Shown: positions 1 through 10,533, numbered from the stretch's first letter. The stretch is 41,956 nucleotides of DNA from Candidatus Iainarchaeum sp. (GCA_028690725.1 JAQVAR010000001.1:1-41956), one strand, 5' to 3'. Numbers and translations: made by a program. Notes: a model not told the origin generated them from the letters alone.

Positions 1-628
1 CCCACGTATCTATTTTTCTTTCAAAAACCAAAAAAAAGTTATTCAAATAACTATTTTGAATTCGTGTATTAATAAATAATTTTTTAATTAAATCTGAACT
101 TTCAAATTTTTTATAATCAATCATATTAAAATCATATTTTTTCCAAGCTCTTCGCCAAGTAGCCCAACCCCAAATAGAAGCAGTATATGAAAAAAAATAG
201 TCTGCTTCAGAATACTTGTTTTTAGAAACTGGATTAAAACCACTAATATGCATTATTTTTTCATTATCTTTATATTTTTTTAATAGTTCTTCACAAAATG
301 GAAAAAAACTTTGACTGGGTAAACAATCATCTTCTAAAATTATTCCCATTTCCTCATTTTTAAAAAACCAAGTTATTGCTTGTGAAACTGCTTTTCCACA
401 ACCAAGATTATTTTTCCTAAAAAGTGTTTTAACATTACATTTCCAATCAATATTATCTAAAACATATTTTCTAACAGCATCAGTTTTTTTCTTTTCTTCA
501 ATATTTCTTGGACCGTCAGCAGCAACATATACTTTCTTTGGCTTTGCTTTTCTAATTTCTTCAAAAACTTGTTTTGTTGTATCTAAACGATTGAAAATTA
601 AAAATAAAATTGGAATATTTATAACCAT
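1..628 (-). CDS. Glycosyltransferase-like protein (GT-A type nucleotide-diphospho-sugar transferase, HlpA-like); 3' end cut by window edge
   Basis: Absent from the ORF track because it runs off the window. My translation from the ATG at 626-628 (minus strand) is MVINIPILFLIFNRLDTTKQVFEEIRKAKPKKVYVAADGPRNIEEKKK...MGIILEDDCLPSQSFF...WGWATWRRAWKKYD. The IPILF-IFNR / AADGPR / EDD pattern is typical of this transferase group. It lies in the glycan cluster. Confidence 0.6.
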   Translation of the reverse strand, partial: MVINIPILFLIFNRLDTTKQVFEEIRKAKPKKVYVAADGPRNIEEKKKTDAVRKYVLDNIDWKCNVKTLFRKNNLGCGKAVSQAITWFFKNEEMGIILEDDCLPSQSFFPFCEELLKKYKDNEKIMHISGFNPVSKNKYSEADYFFSYTASIWGWATWRRAWKKYDFNMIDYKKFESSDLIKKLFINTRIQNSYLNNFFLVFERKIDTW

Positions 629-1330
629 TTAATCAACTCTCTTAAAAAAAACAGAATTTCCAGTTTTAGCAAAGTAATCATAGTTTTTACTCTTTAAAAA
701 CAAAAAAACTTTATCTTTGAATAATTTATTAGATGATTCAGTAAATAATTCAACAATTATTACTTTTGGCCGATATTTTTCCCAATCATTTGATTTTAGA
801 ACATTAAAATCAAAACCTTCAGTGTCTATTGAAAAGAAATCAATTTTTTTATTTTTTACATATTTATCAAGAATAAAAGATAATTTTTCTAATTTAATAT
901 CAATTTCGCTAACTATTTTTTTAACATTTTTTTTTCTTTCATTTTTTACTTTTTCAGAAAAAGTATTCAATTGTGATTCTTCAAACATATAATATTTCAT
1001 TTTTCCAGATTCGTTTGAAATTCCAATGTTTAAATTAATATCTCTTTTTCTATATTTATCAAACAACTTTTTTGATTCTGGCAAAGGATCAATATTTATC
1101 CCAAACCACCCTTTTTTATAAAAATAATAAGTATTTGAATATTTTTTTGGATGATTTGCCCCAATATCAACATAAAAACCATTTTTTTTATTGCCAAAAA
1201 ACCTAGCTAAAACTAAATCTTCTCCTTCTTGAGAATATGATCTAACTGAATAATCACTAAAAATATCTCTAATTTTTACTAATTCGCCAAAAATTTTATT
1301 TTTAATATTCAATTTAATCACCAATAACAA
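629..1330 (-). CDS. FkbM-family SAM-dependent methyltransferase
   Basis: Motifs NGFYVDIGANHP and IDFFSIDTEGFDFNVLKSNDW. Clear paralog of 7614..8306. There is no in-frame ATG near the 5' end, so the start is TTG (1330) or GTG (1321, a GTGA overlap with the upstream stop). Confidence 0.8.
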   Translation of the reverse strand: MLLVIKLNIKNKIFGELVKIRDIFSDYSVRSYSQEGEDLVLARFFGNKKNGFYVDIGANHPKKYSNTYYFYKKGWFGINIDPLPESKKLFDKYRKRDINLNIGISNESGKMKYYMFEESQLNTFSEKVKNERKKNVKKIVSEIDIKLEKLSFILDKYVKNKKIDFFSIDTEGFDFNVLKSNDWEKYRPKVIIVELFTESSNKLFKDKVFLFLKSKNYDYFAKTGNSVFFKRVD

Positions 1331-2205
1331 CCATTTTCGACGTTTTTATATCCTTTTGGTCGCTCACTTTTACTAGGCCTAATCCAATATTTATTTATAT
1401 AGTTAAAATTTGATTCTTCCCATCTTTTTCCCTTTATACCAAATAATATTTGTGTTGCAGATCCTAAATGAATTGCTTTTTTTCCAATTTGTTTTATATA
1501 TGCTGCTAGTAGCAACCCATATGCCCCACAACCAATTATTGCGATATCAAAATCTATTTTTGATATTTCATCTTCCATATATTTCAATGCGTCAAACCAA
1601 TTTGAAAAACTTTCACAATTTCCCCCAATAGATTGAACAGATTTTAAAGTAATTAAATCAAATTTTGGTAAAATATTTTGATTCTCAAAAAGTTTTTCTC
1701 GTATTTTATATTGTTTTTTTATAGAATTTTCAAAAGGATAAACAACCAACACTTTTTTACCTTTTAATATTCTTGACCAAGGCAATTCATATTCCCATGG
1801 ATTTAAATCAGATAATCTAACTTTTTTCTTGTTACGTAATAAATTACTAAAATATAATTCTATCGTTGAAAATTGTCCATAAATATCAATTTTTAACATA
1901 TCTTCTAACATTCGATCATGAAACTTTTTCAAAAACTCATATTCAATTGGAAAAAAACCAGCATTATTTTTTAATTGAAAAAAATCGTTTTTATTAAACT
2001 TTAATTTTCCTTTTTCAATTAAATCAATTTTTTTAACAGCATCTAATTCCACACTACCAAATCTACAAATCATAATTGGTTTATCAGAATTTAATAATTC
2101 AAAAATTTTATCAGATACTTCTTGACCAGAATAGTCTACTGGCAAAACTAAATTTCTATAAATTAATCTTAATTTTCTCCCAAAATCATTTATCTTTTTT
2201 TTCAT
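1318..2205 (-). CDS. Hypothetical protein, possibly a GT-D/DUF1792-like glycosyltransferase
   Basis: Long ORF in the glycan cluster. ICRFGSVELD resembles the RFGDGE motif of DUF1792, and there is a C-terminal IAIIGCGAYG Rossmann-like stretch. The track start at 2217 is TTG; the ATG at 2203-2205 (MKKKINDFG) sits 1 nt after the upstream stop. Confidence 0.4.
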   Translation of the reverse strand: MKKKINDFGRKLRLIYRNLVLPVDYSGQEVSDKIFELLNSDKPIMICRFGSVELDAVKKIDLIEKGKLKFNKNDFFQLKNNAGFFPIEYEFLKKFHDRMLEDMLKIDIYGQFSTIELYFSNLLRNKKKVRLSDLNPWEYELPWSRILKGKKVLVVYPFENSIKKQYKIREKLFENQNILPKFDLITLKSVQSIGGNCESFSNWFDALKYMEDEISKIDFDIAIIGCGAYGLLLAAYIKQIGKKAIHLGSATQILFGIKGKRWEESNFNYINKYWIRPSKSERPKGYKNVENGCYW

Positions 2206-2206
2206 T

Positions 2207-3154
2207 TTAAAAACCAAATTTAATCAATACTTTTTTCAAAAAAATTCTTTGTTTATTATTTAATAATTGACTATAATTATCCCTAAAATTCATTAAAAAA
2301 TTAATTTTTAATTTTTCTAAAAAATTTATGTTTCTACCTTTAGAATAATATTTCATATAAAATTTTGTTGGACCAGCACAATGCAAACAACACAATTTAA
2401 TTTTTTTATTATTTTTTTTCAAAAAACCAAAAGGAATTCCATTTTCAAAAATAATTTTTTTTGTATTATTTTCCATAATCATTCCTTGCGAAGCATTTAT
2501 TTGAGTATCATAAGTTTCACCATTAATTATTTTTGAAATTTCTCCAATCTTTTTTTTATTTTGTTTATAATATTCTGAAAGGGCCGTCATATCATTAACC
2601 CCACCAAAACTAGTTTTGAAAGGATAATTTTTCCAAAAATTATCAAGTATCATAAACATTTTTTTATTAGAATACAAGTTAAATAAAAATCTAGTTAATT
2701 TATTAATTTCTTTATAATCATTAACAAACATGAACTCACCACTAGAATGATTCGCAAGAGTAAATTTAAATTTATTAAACTTTTTAGAATCATTTGTAAC
2801 ATTAACAAAAATTAAAACATCAGAATCAAGTGTTAAGCACTTTTTTATTTTATTCTTTTTTAAAAATTCATTTAAAATAAACCACCTTTCAAAACAAAAC
2901 CTTTCAATTTCTTCATTATTGTTGCTCATATGTTTGTAAACTTTTTTAAATTCCAATGCAGACTTATCATAATTTTTTAAATCATAATACTCAACAAAAC
3001 TTGGATATTGAGTAACATTGTCTCCAACAAGAATTATTCTTGAATTTGGATTAAATTTTCTAGCATTTTCTAAAGCATATTTTAAATAAAAAGAGTCTCC
3101 TTTATGAATGAAAATTATTGGAATAGCCATATTAATAAAATATTGGGTTAACAT
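2207..3154 (-). CDS. Hypothetical protein, putative glycosyltransferase (DXD-like motif)
   Basis: MAIPIIFIHKGDSFYLKYALENARKFNPNSRIILVGD plus LTLDSDVLIF (DSD). The track ORF extends to 3307 but would overlap the divergent gene at 3163. In-frame ATGs at 3154 and 3130 are more plausible starts. Confidence 0.4.
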   Translation of the reverse strand: MLTQYFINMAIPIIFIHKGDSFYLKYALENARKFNPNSRIILVGDNVTQYPSFVEYYDLKNYDKSALEFKKVYKHMSNNNEEIERFCFERWFILNEFLKKNKIKKCLTLDSDVLIFVNVTNDSKKFNKFKFTLANHSSGEFMFVNDYKEINKLTRFLFNLYSNKKMFMILDNFWKNYPFKTSFGGVNDMTALSEYYKQNKKKIGEISKIINGETYDTQINASQGMIMENNTKKIIFENGIPFGFLKKNNKKIKLCCLHCAGPTKFYMKYYSKGRNINFLEKLKINFLMNFRDNYSQLLNNKQRIFLKKVLIKFGF

Positions 3155-3162
3155 ATTTTTAA

Positions 3163-3828
3163 ATGAATAAGGTACAAAAATTATTGAGTCAAATTTTTTT
3201 GAAAATAAAAAAATTTTATCATAGTTTTTTTTATGATTATACTTTCGAACTAAAAAAAGTTTTAAAAAATTGTAATTCTGTTTTAGATGTTGGTTGTGGG
3301 AAATCATCTCCAGTTCAATTTCTTTCAGGAAAATGTTATTTGGTAGGAGTGGATAGTTTTAAAATAAGCATTAATAAAAGTAAAAACAAAAATATTCACA
3401 ATAAATATTATGTTATGAATGTAATGAATATTAATAAAAAATTTAAAGATAATTCATTTGATTGTGTTGTTGCATTAGATCTTATTGAACATTTGGAGAA
3501 AAAAGATGGAGAAAAATTAATTAAAATGATGGAGAAAATTGCTCGGAAAAAAATAGTAATTTTTACACCAAATGGATTTTTAGAACAAAAAGTATATGAC
3601 AATAATCAATTTCAAAAACATAAATCTGGGTGGACCGTTTCTGAAATGAGAAAAAAAGGATATGATGTTATTGGGATTGGAGGATATAAAAAATTGAGAG
3701 GAGAATTCGCACAAATAAAATACTCTCCCAAAACGTTTTGGGGTTTAATTTCAAATTTATCACAAAAAATATTTAAGAATTTTCCAAAATATTCATTTCA
3801 AATACTTTGTATTAAAATAAAAAAATGA
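3163..3828 (+). CDS. Class I SAM-dependent methyltransferase
   Basis: Motif I VLDVGCGKSS and post-motif CVVALDLIEHL; length is typical of the family. Confidence 0.8.
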   Translation: MNKVQKLLSQIFLKIKKFYHSFFYDYTFELKKVLKNCNSVLDVGCGKSSPVQFLSGKCYLVGVDSFKISINKSKNKNIHNKYYVMNVMNINKKFKDNSFDCVVALDLIEHLEKKDGEKLIKMMEKIARKKIVIFTPNGFLEQKVYDNNQFQKHKSGWTVSEMRKKGYDVIGIGGYKKLRGEFAQIKYSPKTFWGLISNLSQKIFKNFPKYSFQILCIKIKK

Positions 3829-3832
3829 TTTT

Positions 3833-4666
3833 ATGAATAAAAAAATTTTAATAATAATAGTTAATTATAAAAAAATTCAAGAAGTTGTTAATTGTATAAA
3901 TTCATTGGAAAAAAATACTTATTCAATTTGTTTAGTTGATAATGAAACTAATCAAGAAAATTATGAAATATTAAAAAAAATAAAAGATATTAAACTAATT
4001 TTAAACAAAACAAATCGCGGTTTTGCCGGAGGTAATAATGATGCTATTAAAAAATTTCCAAATTTTGATTATTATTTACTTTTAAATAGTGATACAAAAA
4101 TCGTTGAAAAAAATTGGTTAAATACATTAATTGAATACATGGAAAAAAACAAAGAAATTGGCATAATTGGACCAAAATTATTAAATTCTGATAAAACAAC
4201 ACAGAGAAGTTGTGGTTATAACACAATATTTGGAACTAAACCAATAAAAGGAGATGAAATTGAAAAAATTGATTGGATAAGCGGAGCAGTGTTTTTGATA
4301 AGAAAAGAAGTTATAAAAAAAATAGGTTATTTGGATGAAATTTATAACCCAGCATATTATGAAGAAAATGATTATTGTGTGAGAGCAAAAAAAGCTGGGT
4401 TCAAAATTGTTTATTACCCAAAAACAAAAATAATTCATTTCAATAAAGGAAGCCAAGAAAAATTGAATAATTTGGTTCAAAGAAATAAATTAATATTTAT
4501 ATTAAAAAATTTTCCACTTCACTGGCTTTTAATCAGAATTCCTTTTGAATTAATAGTCTTTTTTAGAGAATTTTTTAAAGAAAAAAAAATTCCAGAACAA
4601 TATTTTTTCATATTAAAAAATATTAAAAAAATAATAAAAAATAGAAAAAAAATTTATTTTTTATAA
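3833..4666 (+). CDS. Family 2 (GT-A) glycosyltransferase, rhamnosyltransferase-like
   Basis: ILIIIVNYKK, VDNETN, NRGFAGGNN, LLLNSDT (DXD region), SGAVFLIRKEV, EENDYCVRAKKAGFKI. Confidence 0.85.
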   Translation: MNKKILIIIVNYKKIQEVVNCINSLEKNTYSICLVDNETNQENYEILKKIKDIKLILNKTNRGFAGGNNDAIKKFPNFDYYLLLNSDTKIVEKNWLNTLIEYMEKNKEIGIIGPKLLNSDKTTQRSCGYNTIFGTKPIKGDEIEKIDWISGAVFLIRKEVIKKIGYLDEIYNPAYYEENDYCVRAKKAGFKIVYYPKTKIIHFNKGSQEKLNNLVQRNKLIFILKNFPLHWLLIRIPFELIVFFREFFKEKKIPEQYFFILKNIKKIIKNRKKIYFL

Positions 4667-4676
4667 ATAAAAAAAA

Positions 4677-6023
4677 TTATTTTCTTATTTCTCTTACAAC
4701 CCTTAAAAAATTAAATGATTTTAATTGCATTTTAAATAAAAACCTTGTCTCTTTGAAAAACAAATTAGCAATATATGCAACAAAAAATGATGAAAATACT
4801 GTTGCTATTGCCGCACCATTAATCCCAAACAAATTAATCAAAATAAAATTTAATACAACATTTACTATTGCCCCCATTATTGAAGCATATAATGTTATTT
4901 TGTATAATTTTTCTGAATTTATATAGTTTCCCACTGCTGAACGCATTGACATAGCTAAAAAACTCCAAACAAGTATCGAAAGAACTACTCCGGCTGAAGA
5001 ATATTCAAAACCATACAAAAAAATGATTAAAAAATTTGATAATAAAAAAATAGGTAAAATTATTCCTAAAGAAGTCCAAGTGAATAAATCAAACATTCTT
5101 TGCAATCTATAAAAATACAATTTTAATGAACTTTTTTTAGAATTAATTAATGCTGGAAATAAAGAAAGCGCAATAGCCCCCGGTAAAAAATATGCGATTT
5201 GTGAAATTTTTGCAGCAACAGAATACAACCCAACTTGATATTCATTTAATAATAAACCAATCATTACTTGGTCAATACTTAAATAAATAAAAGCAAAAGC
5301 TGATGAAAGAATTAAAGGCCAACTCATTGATAAAAAAGATTTTGCTATTTTTTTATTAAATTGCCATTTAAATAAACTTTGTTTTTCTTTAAAATAATAA
5401 TATAATTGCATAACAATTGTTATTGTTGTATTAATTAGTGAAGTTATAACAAACCAAATAACTGCAAAACCAGAAACAATAAAAAATATTTTGAAAATAT
5501 TGCTTATAATAAGAGCTATGCTTGTAGATTTAACCACTTTTCCAGAATCTATTTTTGACTGAAAATAATTTCCAACTATTCCAAACGAGTTAATTATATT
5601 TCCAAACGCAAAAATACTAACCATTAATAATAATTCAAAATTTGGTTTAATCCAAGATATTATTAAAATCATTAAAATTCCAAAAAAACTACTTGAAATT
5701 AATTTTAATTTTAAAACTGTTCCTAAAAAAATATTACTTTTTTTTGGATTAGCAACTAACTCCCTGTGAAGAATAGTATCCAAACCAAGATTTATAAATG
5801 GCCCAAATAATGCAGTAAATGAAATAGCAAAGTTCATTAAACCAAAATCTGATGGCCCCAAATAACGAGCAACCCAAATTCCAACAATTAATGCAACTAT
5901 TAATTCTAAAAATCTTTCAAAACTAAGCCAACCAATATTTTTTACTATTTTTTGTAATATTGGGCGATTAGTAAATCTTGACCTTATTTTTTTTGGAATA
6001 ATTTTTTTTAGATAGTTAAACAT
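4677..6023 (-). CDS. Oligo/polysaccharide flippase (MOP/Wzx-like polysaccharide biosynthesis protein)
   Basis: 448 aa with about 12-14 hydrophobic segments. The N-terminus (ILQKIVKNIGWLSFERFLELIVALIVGIWVARYLGPSDFG) is typical of Wzx/RfbX-type proteins. Glycan-cluster context. Confidence 0.75.
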   Translation of the reverse strand: MFNYLKKIIPKKIRSRFTNRPILQKIVKNIGWLSFERFLELIVALIVGIWVARYLGPSDFGLMNFAISFTALFGPFINLGLDTILHRELVANPKKSNIFLGTVLKLKLISSSFFGILMILIISWIKPNFELLLMVSIFAFGNIINSFGIVGNYFQSKIDSGKVVKSTSIALIISNIFKIFFIVSGFAVIWFVITSLINTTITIVMQLYYYFKEKQSLFKWQFNKKIAKSFLSMSWPLILSSAFAFIYLSIDQVMIGLLLNEYQVGLYSVAAKISQIAYFLPGAIALSLFPALINSKKSSLKLYFYRLQRMFDLFTWTSLGIILPIFLLSNFLIIFLYGFEYSSAGVVLSILVWSFLAMSMRSAVGNYINSEKLYKITLYASIMGAIVNVVLNFILINLFGINGAAIATVFSSFFVAYIANLFFKETRFLFKMQLKSFNFLRVVREIRK

Positions 6024-6091
6024 AATATAAATGATTAAATTGTAAGTTTAAAATGCTATTAGTACAAAAAACATTTCAAAAAATAGATTAA

Positions 6092-6910
6092 TTAACTATT
6101 TTTTCCAGCATCAACACTACAATAATTTCTGTAAAAACAAATTGGAATACTTGAAATCCCAATATCAAAAAACAAGTTGACTCTTATTTGAAAGTCACGA
6201 TCAGAAAAATTAACTATTCTATTTTTTTTGGGAAAATAACCATTAATATGTTTCCAAGCAAGTCTAGAAAAAGTAGAACCCGAATGAGTCATATTAATAT
6301 CATTATAATTTTCATATTTACTCGCATCCAAAGGAGTTTTGATTATTATTGAATTGTTTTTTGAATAATCTGAAGATTTTGCATTTCTTATAACTTCTTC
6401 ATCTGATTTTGCTAAAATACTTCCAAAACCAACCAAACCAAAAGTGGGATTTCTTTTGAATATCTTTTTTACTATACTAATAGCATCTTTCATTAAAAAA
6501 TCATCATCATTAAGAACCATTATCAAAGGAGATTTTGAATTTTTTACACCAATATTTATTGATTCTGCTTGACCAACATTTTTTTTATTAAAAATTACTT
6601 TTACTTTTTTAAAAAAAGAATTTTTTTCTAATTTTTTTAATAAATTATAACTATTATCTAGTGATTTATCAACAACAAAAATAACTTCGTCCGGTTTTTC
6701 GATTTGATTTATTATACTATTAAATGTACTTTCAAGAACTTGTTCATGACCATAACAAGGAACAACAATTGCAATTTTTTGATTTTTCAAAAATAATTTT
6801 GGCGTCTTTTTATTAATACTTTTAACAAATCGATTTACTTTTGCTTTTTTAATATCTTTGATTCCAAAAAATTGAATAATTTTTCTAGTATTCATTCTAA
6901 AAAAACCCAT
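6092..6910 (-). CDS. Family 2 glycosyltransferase
   Basis: IAIVVPCYGHEQVLESTFNSIINQ, VVDKSLDNS, NVGQAESINIGV, VLNDDD (DXD). Confidence 0.75.
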   Translation of the reverse strand: MGFFRMNTRKIIQFFGIKDIKKAKVNRFVKSINKKTPKLFLKNQKIAIVVPCYGHEQVLESTFNSIINQIEKPDEVIFVVDKSLDNSYNLLKKLEKNSFFKKVKVIFNKKNVGQAESINIGVKNSKSPLIMVLNDDDFLMKDAISIVKKIFKRNPTFGLVGFGSILAKSDEEVIRNAKSSDYSKNNSIIIKTPLDASKYENYNDINMTHSGSTFSRLAWKHINGYFPKKNRIVNFSDRDFQIRVNLFFDIGISSIPICFYRNYCSVDAGKNS

Positions 6911-6914
6911 AAAA

Positions 6915-7595
6915 CTAACCTTTTTTTATTACAAATATAAATTGAATTGCAAATAACCTTGGATATAATCTACAAATGATTTTTCTTAACTTTATTAGTT
7001 TATTAAATTTTTCAAAAAAACCAATGCCAGGAATAAAATCTGATTTTATAACAGAATAACCTGTGTTTAAAAATAATTCAGACATTGTTTTGAATGTAAA
7101 AAATCTTATATGTGTTTTATCCATTAAACCAGTTTCATAATAATCCCACTTGCCAAATAAATGTCTAATTCTTGAAGAAACATAACCAATATTTGGAATT
7201 GATGTAATTACTATTCCATCGTCACTTAAAATTTTTTTAAATTTTTTTAAAACTAAATCGGGTTGCTTAATATGCTCAAGAACATCAGCAAAAATAATTA
7301 CATCAAATTTATTATTATCAAAAGGCAATCCTTCAGAGTCTAAATTAAAAAAATTTGTTTTGTCTAAACGTTTTGAAGCAATTTTGATTGCTTTTGGAGA
7401 AAAATCAACTCCAAAAACTCTGCATTTTTTTTCTTTAATTAATTTTTCACCAAGTTTTCCAGTACTACAACCAACATCAAGAACAAATGATTTTTCTGGA
7501 ACTAAATCAAAAACATTTTTATTGTAACCATCACCATAATTAGTAAAATTTTCAACCATCAAAATAATAAAAATAAGTTTGTTATTTAAAAGCAT
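6915..7595 (-). CDS. Class I SAM-dependent methyltransferase
   Basis: VLDVGCSTGKLGEKL (motif I), RVFGVDFS, FDVIIFADVLEHI. Confidence 0.8.
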   Translation of the reverse strand: MLLNNKLIFIILMVENFTNYGDGYNKNVFDLVPEKSFVLDVGCSTGKLGEKLIKEKKCRVFGVDFSPKAIKIASKRLDKTNFFNLDSEGLPFDNNKFDVIIFADVLEHIKQPDLVLKKFKKILSDDGIVITSIPNIGYVSSRIRHLFGKWDYYETGLMDKTHIRFFTFKTMSELFLNTGYSVIKSDFIPGIGFFEKFNKLIKLRKIICRLYPRLFAIQFIFVIKKG

Positions 7596-7613
7596 CTATC
7601 ACAAATAATTTAC

Positions 7614-8306
7614 ATGAAAATAAAGAAAAAAATGACTTTATTGATTGCACAAAACCTTACTCTTAGAAAAATATATAATTTGAAATATTCTTGTTTACAT
7701 TTTTTTGGATCACATAGTCAACATAGAGAAGATATTGTTATTGACAAATTGCTTGGTAATAAAAAAAATGGTTTTTATGTTGATATTGGAGCAAATAACC
7801 CTACTGGTTTTAATAATACTAAAAGATTTTATGAAAAAGGTTGGAGTGGAATAAACATTGAACCAAATGTTAGAGGTTACAAATTATTTTTAAAAGAAAG
7901 AAAAAGAGATATTAATTTGAATATTGGTATTGGAGAAAAAGAAGACACAATAACCTTTTATGAAATGGAACCAGATATGTTATCAACTTTTTCAAAAAAA
8001 GAAGCAATAGAAAATCAAAAAAATGGTTACAAATTAGTAAAAGAAAGAAAAGTAAAAATATTGCCATTAAAAAATGTCTTAGAAAAATATGCGAAAGGAA
8101 AAGAAATAGATTTTTTTTCGATTGACACAGAAGGATTTGATTTAGAAGTATTAAAAAGTAATGATTGGAAAAAATTTAAACCAAAAATAATTTGTGTAGA
8201 AATAATGCAAAACAATAGAGGAAAAAAAATAGAATCATTTTTAAAAAAAATTGGTTTTGAAAAAGTTCATCAAAACAATACTAATACAATATACAAATTA
8301 AAATAA
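7614..8306 (+). CDS. FkbM-family SAM-dependent methyltransferase (paralog of 629..1330)
   Basis: NGFYVDIGANNP, KRDINLNIGIG, IDFFSIDTEGFDLEVLKSNDW. Shares near-identical nucleotide stretches with the inverted paralog. Confidence 0.8.
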   Translation: MKIKKKMTLLIAQNLTLRKIYNLKYSCLHFFGSHSQHREDIVIDKLLGNKKNGFYVDIGANNPTGFNNTKRFYEKGWSGINIEPNVRGYKLFLKERKRDINLNIGIGEKEDTITFYEMEPDMLSTFSKKEAIENQKNGYKLVKERKVKILPLKNVLEKYAKGKEIDFFSIDTEGFDLEVLKSNDWKKFKPKIICVEIMQNNRGKKIESFLKKIGFEKVHQNNTNTIYKLK

Positions 8307-8308
8307 TT

Positions 8309-9241
8309 TTAATAATTTTCAAACCATTTTATTGTTTCTTTTAATCCATCGTCAAAATTTGTTGTTGCTTTGAAACCAAATTCTTTTTCTGCTTTACTAG
8401 TGTCAAGACATCTTCTTGGTTGACCATCTGGTTTGTTTGGATCAAATAATAATTTTCCGTCATAATTTGTTAAGTCTTTTATTTTTTCAGCCAAATCTTT
8501 TATTGTTATTTCCATTCCTGATCCGAGATTACAAGGTTCTGTTTTATCATATTTTTTTGTTGCTAAAACAATTCCTCTCGCAGCATCTTTTACAAACAAG
8601 AATTCTCTTGATGCTTTACCAGTCCCCCAAATTTCTACTTGTGGAAAATTATTTTTTTTCGCTTCAACAAATTTTCTAATCAAAGCAGGAATAACATGAG
8701 ATGATTGTAAATCAAAATTATCTCCAGGGCCATACAAATTTACTGGTAATAAATAAATTCCATTAAAATCATATTGTTGTTTATAGGATTGTAATTGTAC
8801 TAACAACATTTTTTTTGCTAGACCATAAGGCGCATTTGTTTCTTCGGGATAACCATTCCACAAATAATCTTCTTTAAATGGAACAGGAGTAAATTTTGGG
8901 TAAGCACAAACTGTTCCCAAACAAACAAATTTTTCTACATTAGCTAATCTTGATTGTTCGATTAATTGAACACCCATCATAATATTATCATAAAAAAAAG
9001 AACCAGGACTTTTTCTATTAGCTTCTATCCCACCAACTTTTGCAGCCAAATGAATTATTATATCGCTTTCCCTAGCAATTTTTTTACAAGAATCTTTTTC
9101 TACTAAATCATATTCTTCAAATTTTGGTAAAAAAAGATTGTTGGCATTATTATTTTTTAATTCTTTAACCAAATGTTTTCCTAAGAAACCATGTGCACCA
9201 GTAACAGTAACTCTTTTTTTAGACAAATCTATTTCGTTCAT
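8309..9241 (-). CDS. fcl: GDP-L-fucose synthase (GDP-4-keto-6-deoxymannose 3,5-epimerase/4-reductase)
   Basis: SDR fold [14 protein letters not shown], catalytic [30 protein letters not shown]. Adjacent to gmd. The track start at 9259 is TTG; the ATG at 9239-9241 ([11 protein letters not shown]) is preferred. Confidence 0.85.
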   Translation of the reverse strand: MNEIDLSKKRVTVTGAHGFLGKHLVKELKNNNANNLFLPKFEEYDLVEKDSCKKIARESDIIIHLAAKVGGIEANRKSPGSFFYDNIMMGVQLIEQSRLANVEKFVCLGTVCAYPKFTPVPFKEDYLWNGYPEETNAPYGLAKKMLLVQLQSYKQQYDFNGIYLLPVNLYGPGDNFDLQSSHVIPALIRKFVEAKKNNFPQVEIWGTGKASREFLFVKDAARGIVLATKKYDKTEPCNLGSGMEITIKDLAEKIKDLTNYDGKLLFDPNKPDGQPRRCLDTSKAEKEFGFKATTNFDDGLKETIKWFENY

Positions 9242-9301
9242 AAAAATAAAAAAATACAAAACAATTTAATATTATTTTGTTAAACAATTTTTTCAAAAAA
9301 A

Positions 9302-10306
9302 TTATTTTTCTCCATTAATACCATAATATTCTTTTTTTACTATTTCAATATCAGAGTCAACCATTTCTCTTACTAACTCTTTAAATTTTGTTTTTGGTTC
9401 CCAACCCAATTTTTCTTTTGCTTTTGTAGCATCACCCAACAATAATTCTACTTCAGCTGGTCTAAAATATTTTTTATCAATTTCTATATAATCTTGATAA
9501 TTTAATTTTGCATAAGAAAATGCTTCTTCCAAAAATTCTTTTACAGAATGAGTTTCCCCAGTTGCTACAACAAAATCATCTCCTTTTTCTTGTTGTAACA
9601 TTAAATACATTGCTTCAACATAATCTTTCGCATGACCCCAATCACGTTTAGCATCCAAATTTCCTAAATACAATTTTTTTTGCAAACCAAATTTTATTCT
9701 TGCTATTGCCATAGTAATTTTTCTAGTAACAAAGGTTTCTCCTCTTCTTGGTGACTCATGATTGAAAAGAATACCATTACTAGTATACAAATCATATGAT
9801 TCTCTATAATTTTTTGTAATCCAATAACCATAAACTTTTGAACAACCATAAGGACTTCTAGGATAAAAAGGAGTATTCTCATTCTGAGGAGTTTCCAAGA
9901 CTTTTCCAAACATCTCTGAACTAGAAGCTTGGTAGAATTTTGTGTGAGGAGAAAATTGTTTTATTGCATCCAAACATCTTAGAACACCCAAACCAGTTAC
10001 ATTACTAGTATACTCTGGAATATCAAAACTAACTCTAACATGAGATTGTGCGCCAAGATTATAAAATTCATCTGGTTGAACTTCTCTTATTAAAGAACTA
10101 ATAGAACTAGGATCAGACAAGTCACCAAAATGCAATTTAAATTTTGAATTTAAATGAGGATCAACATACAAGTGGTCAACTCTCTCAGTATTAAAAGTAC
10201 TAGCCCTTCTCATTATCCCGTGGACTTCATAACCTTTTTCCAATAATAATTCTGCTAAATAAGAACCATCTTGTCCTGTTACACCAGTAATAATAGCTTT
10301 CTTCAT
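9302..10306 (-). CDS. gmd: GDP-mannose 4,6-dehydratase
   Basis: [75 protein letters not shown]. This is a textbook Gmd sequence. Confidence 0.95.
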   Translation of the reverse strand: MKKAIITGVTGQDGSYLAELLLEKGYEVHGIMRRASTFNTERVDHLYVDPHLNSKFKLHFGDLSDPSSISSLIREVQPDEFYNLGAQSHVRVSFDIPEYTSNVTGLGVLRCLDAIKQFSPHTKFYQASSSEMFGKVLETPQNENTPFYPRSPYGCSKVYGYWITKNYRESYDLYTSNGILFNHESPRRGETFVTRKITMAIARIKFGLQKKLYLGNLDAKRDWGHAKDYVEAMYLMLQQEKGDDFVVATGETHSVKEFLEEAFSYAKLNYQDYIEIDKKYFRPAEVELLLGDATKAKEKLGWEPKTKFKELVREMVDSDIEIVKKEYYGINGEK

Positions 10307-10380
10307 GATAAATAATAAGAAGAATTTGTTTAAATAAGTTAGTGGTACAAAAAAATATTTTTTTTGTAATTTAATTAAAA

Positions 10381-10506
10381 TTATGCGTCTCTCCCAATAC
10401 CTTGTTTGTATAACACAAAATGACTTCCTTTAATATGGTGAACAAAATATTCTTTTGTTTCCAAAAATTTCATCATTTTTTCAGAAGAAATTCTTTTAAT
10501 TTTCAT
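10381..10506 (-). pseudogene. Truncated HicA-like toxin remnant (41 codons)
   Basis: My translation is [41 protein letters not shown]. It matches the N-terminal half of HicA/YcfA mRNA interferases (...KGSH...) but stops before the C-terminal half. No hicB partner lies next to it. Confidence 0.45.
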
Positions 10507-10533
10507 TAATCAAAACAAAAAAAATTCATAAAC

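Noticed and set aside
3155-3307. Longer 5' extension of the minus-strand ORF 2207..3307.
   Set aside because: It would overlap the divergent methyltransferase gene (start 3163) by about 145 nt. The internal ATGs at 3154 and 3130 precede the conserved IPIIFIHKGD segment.
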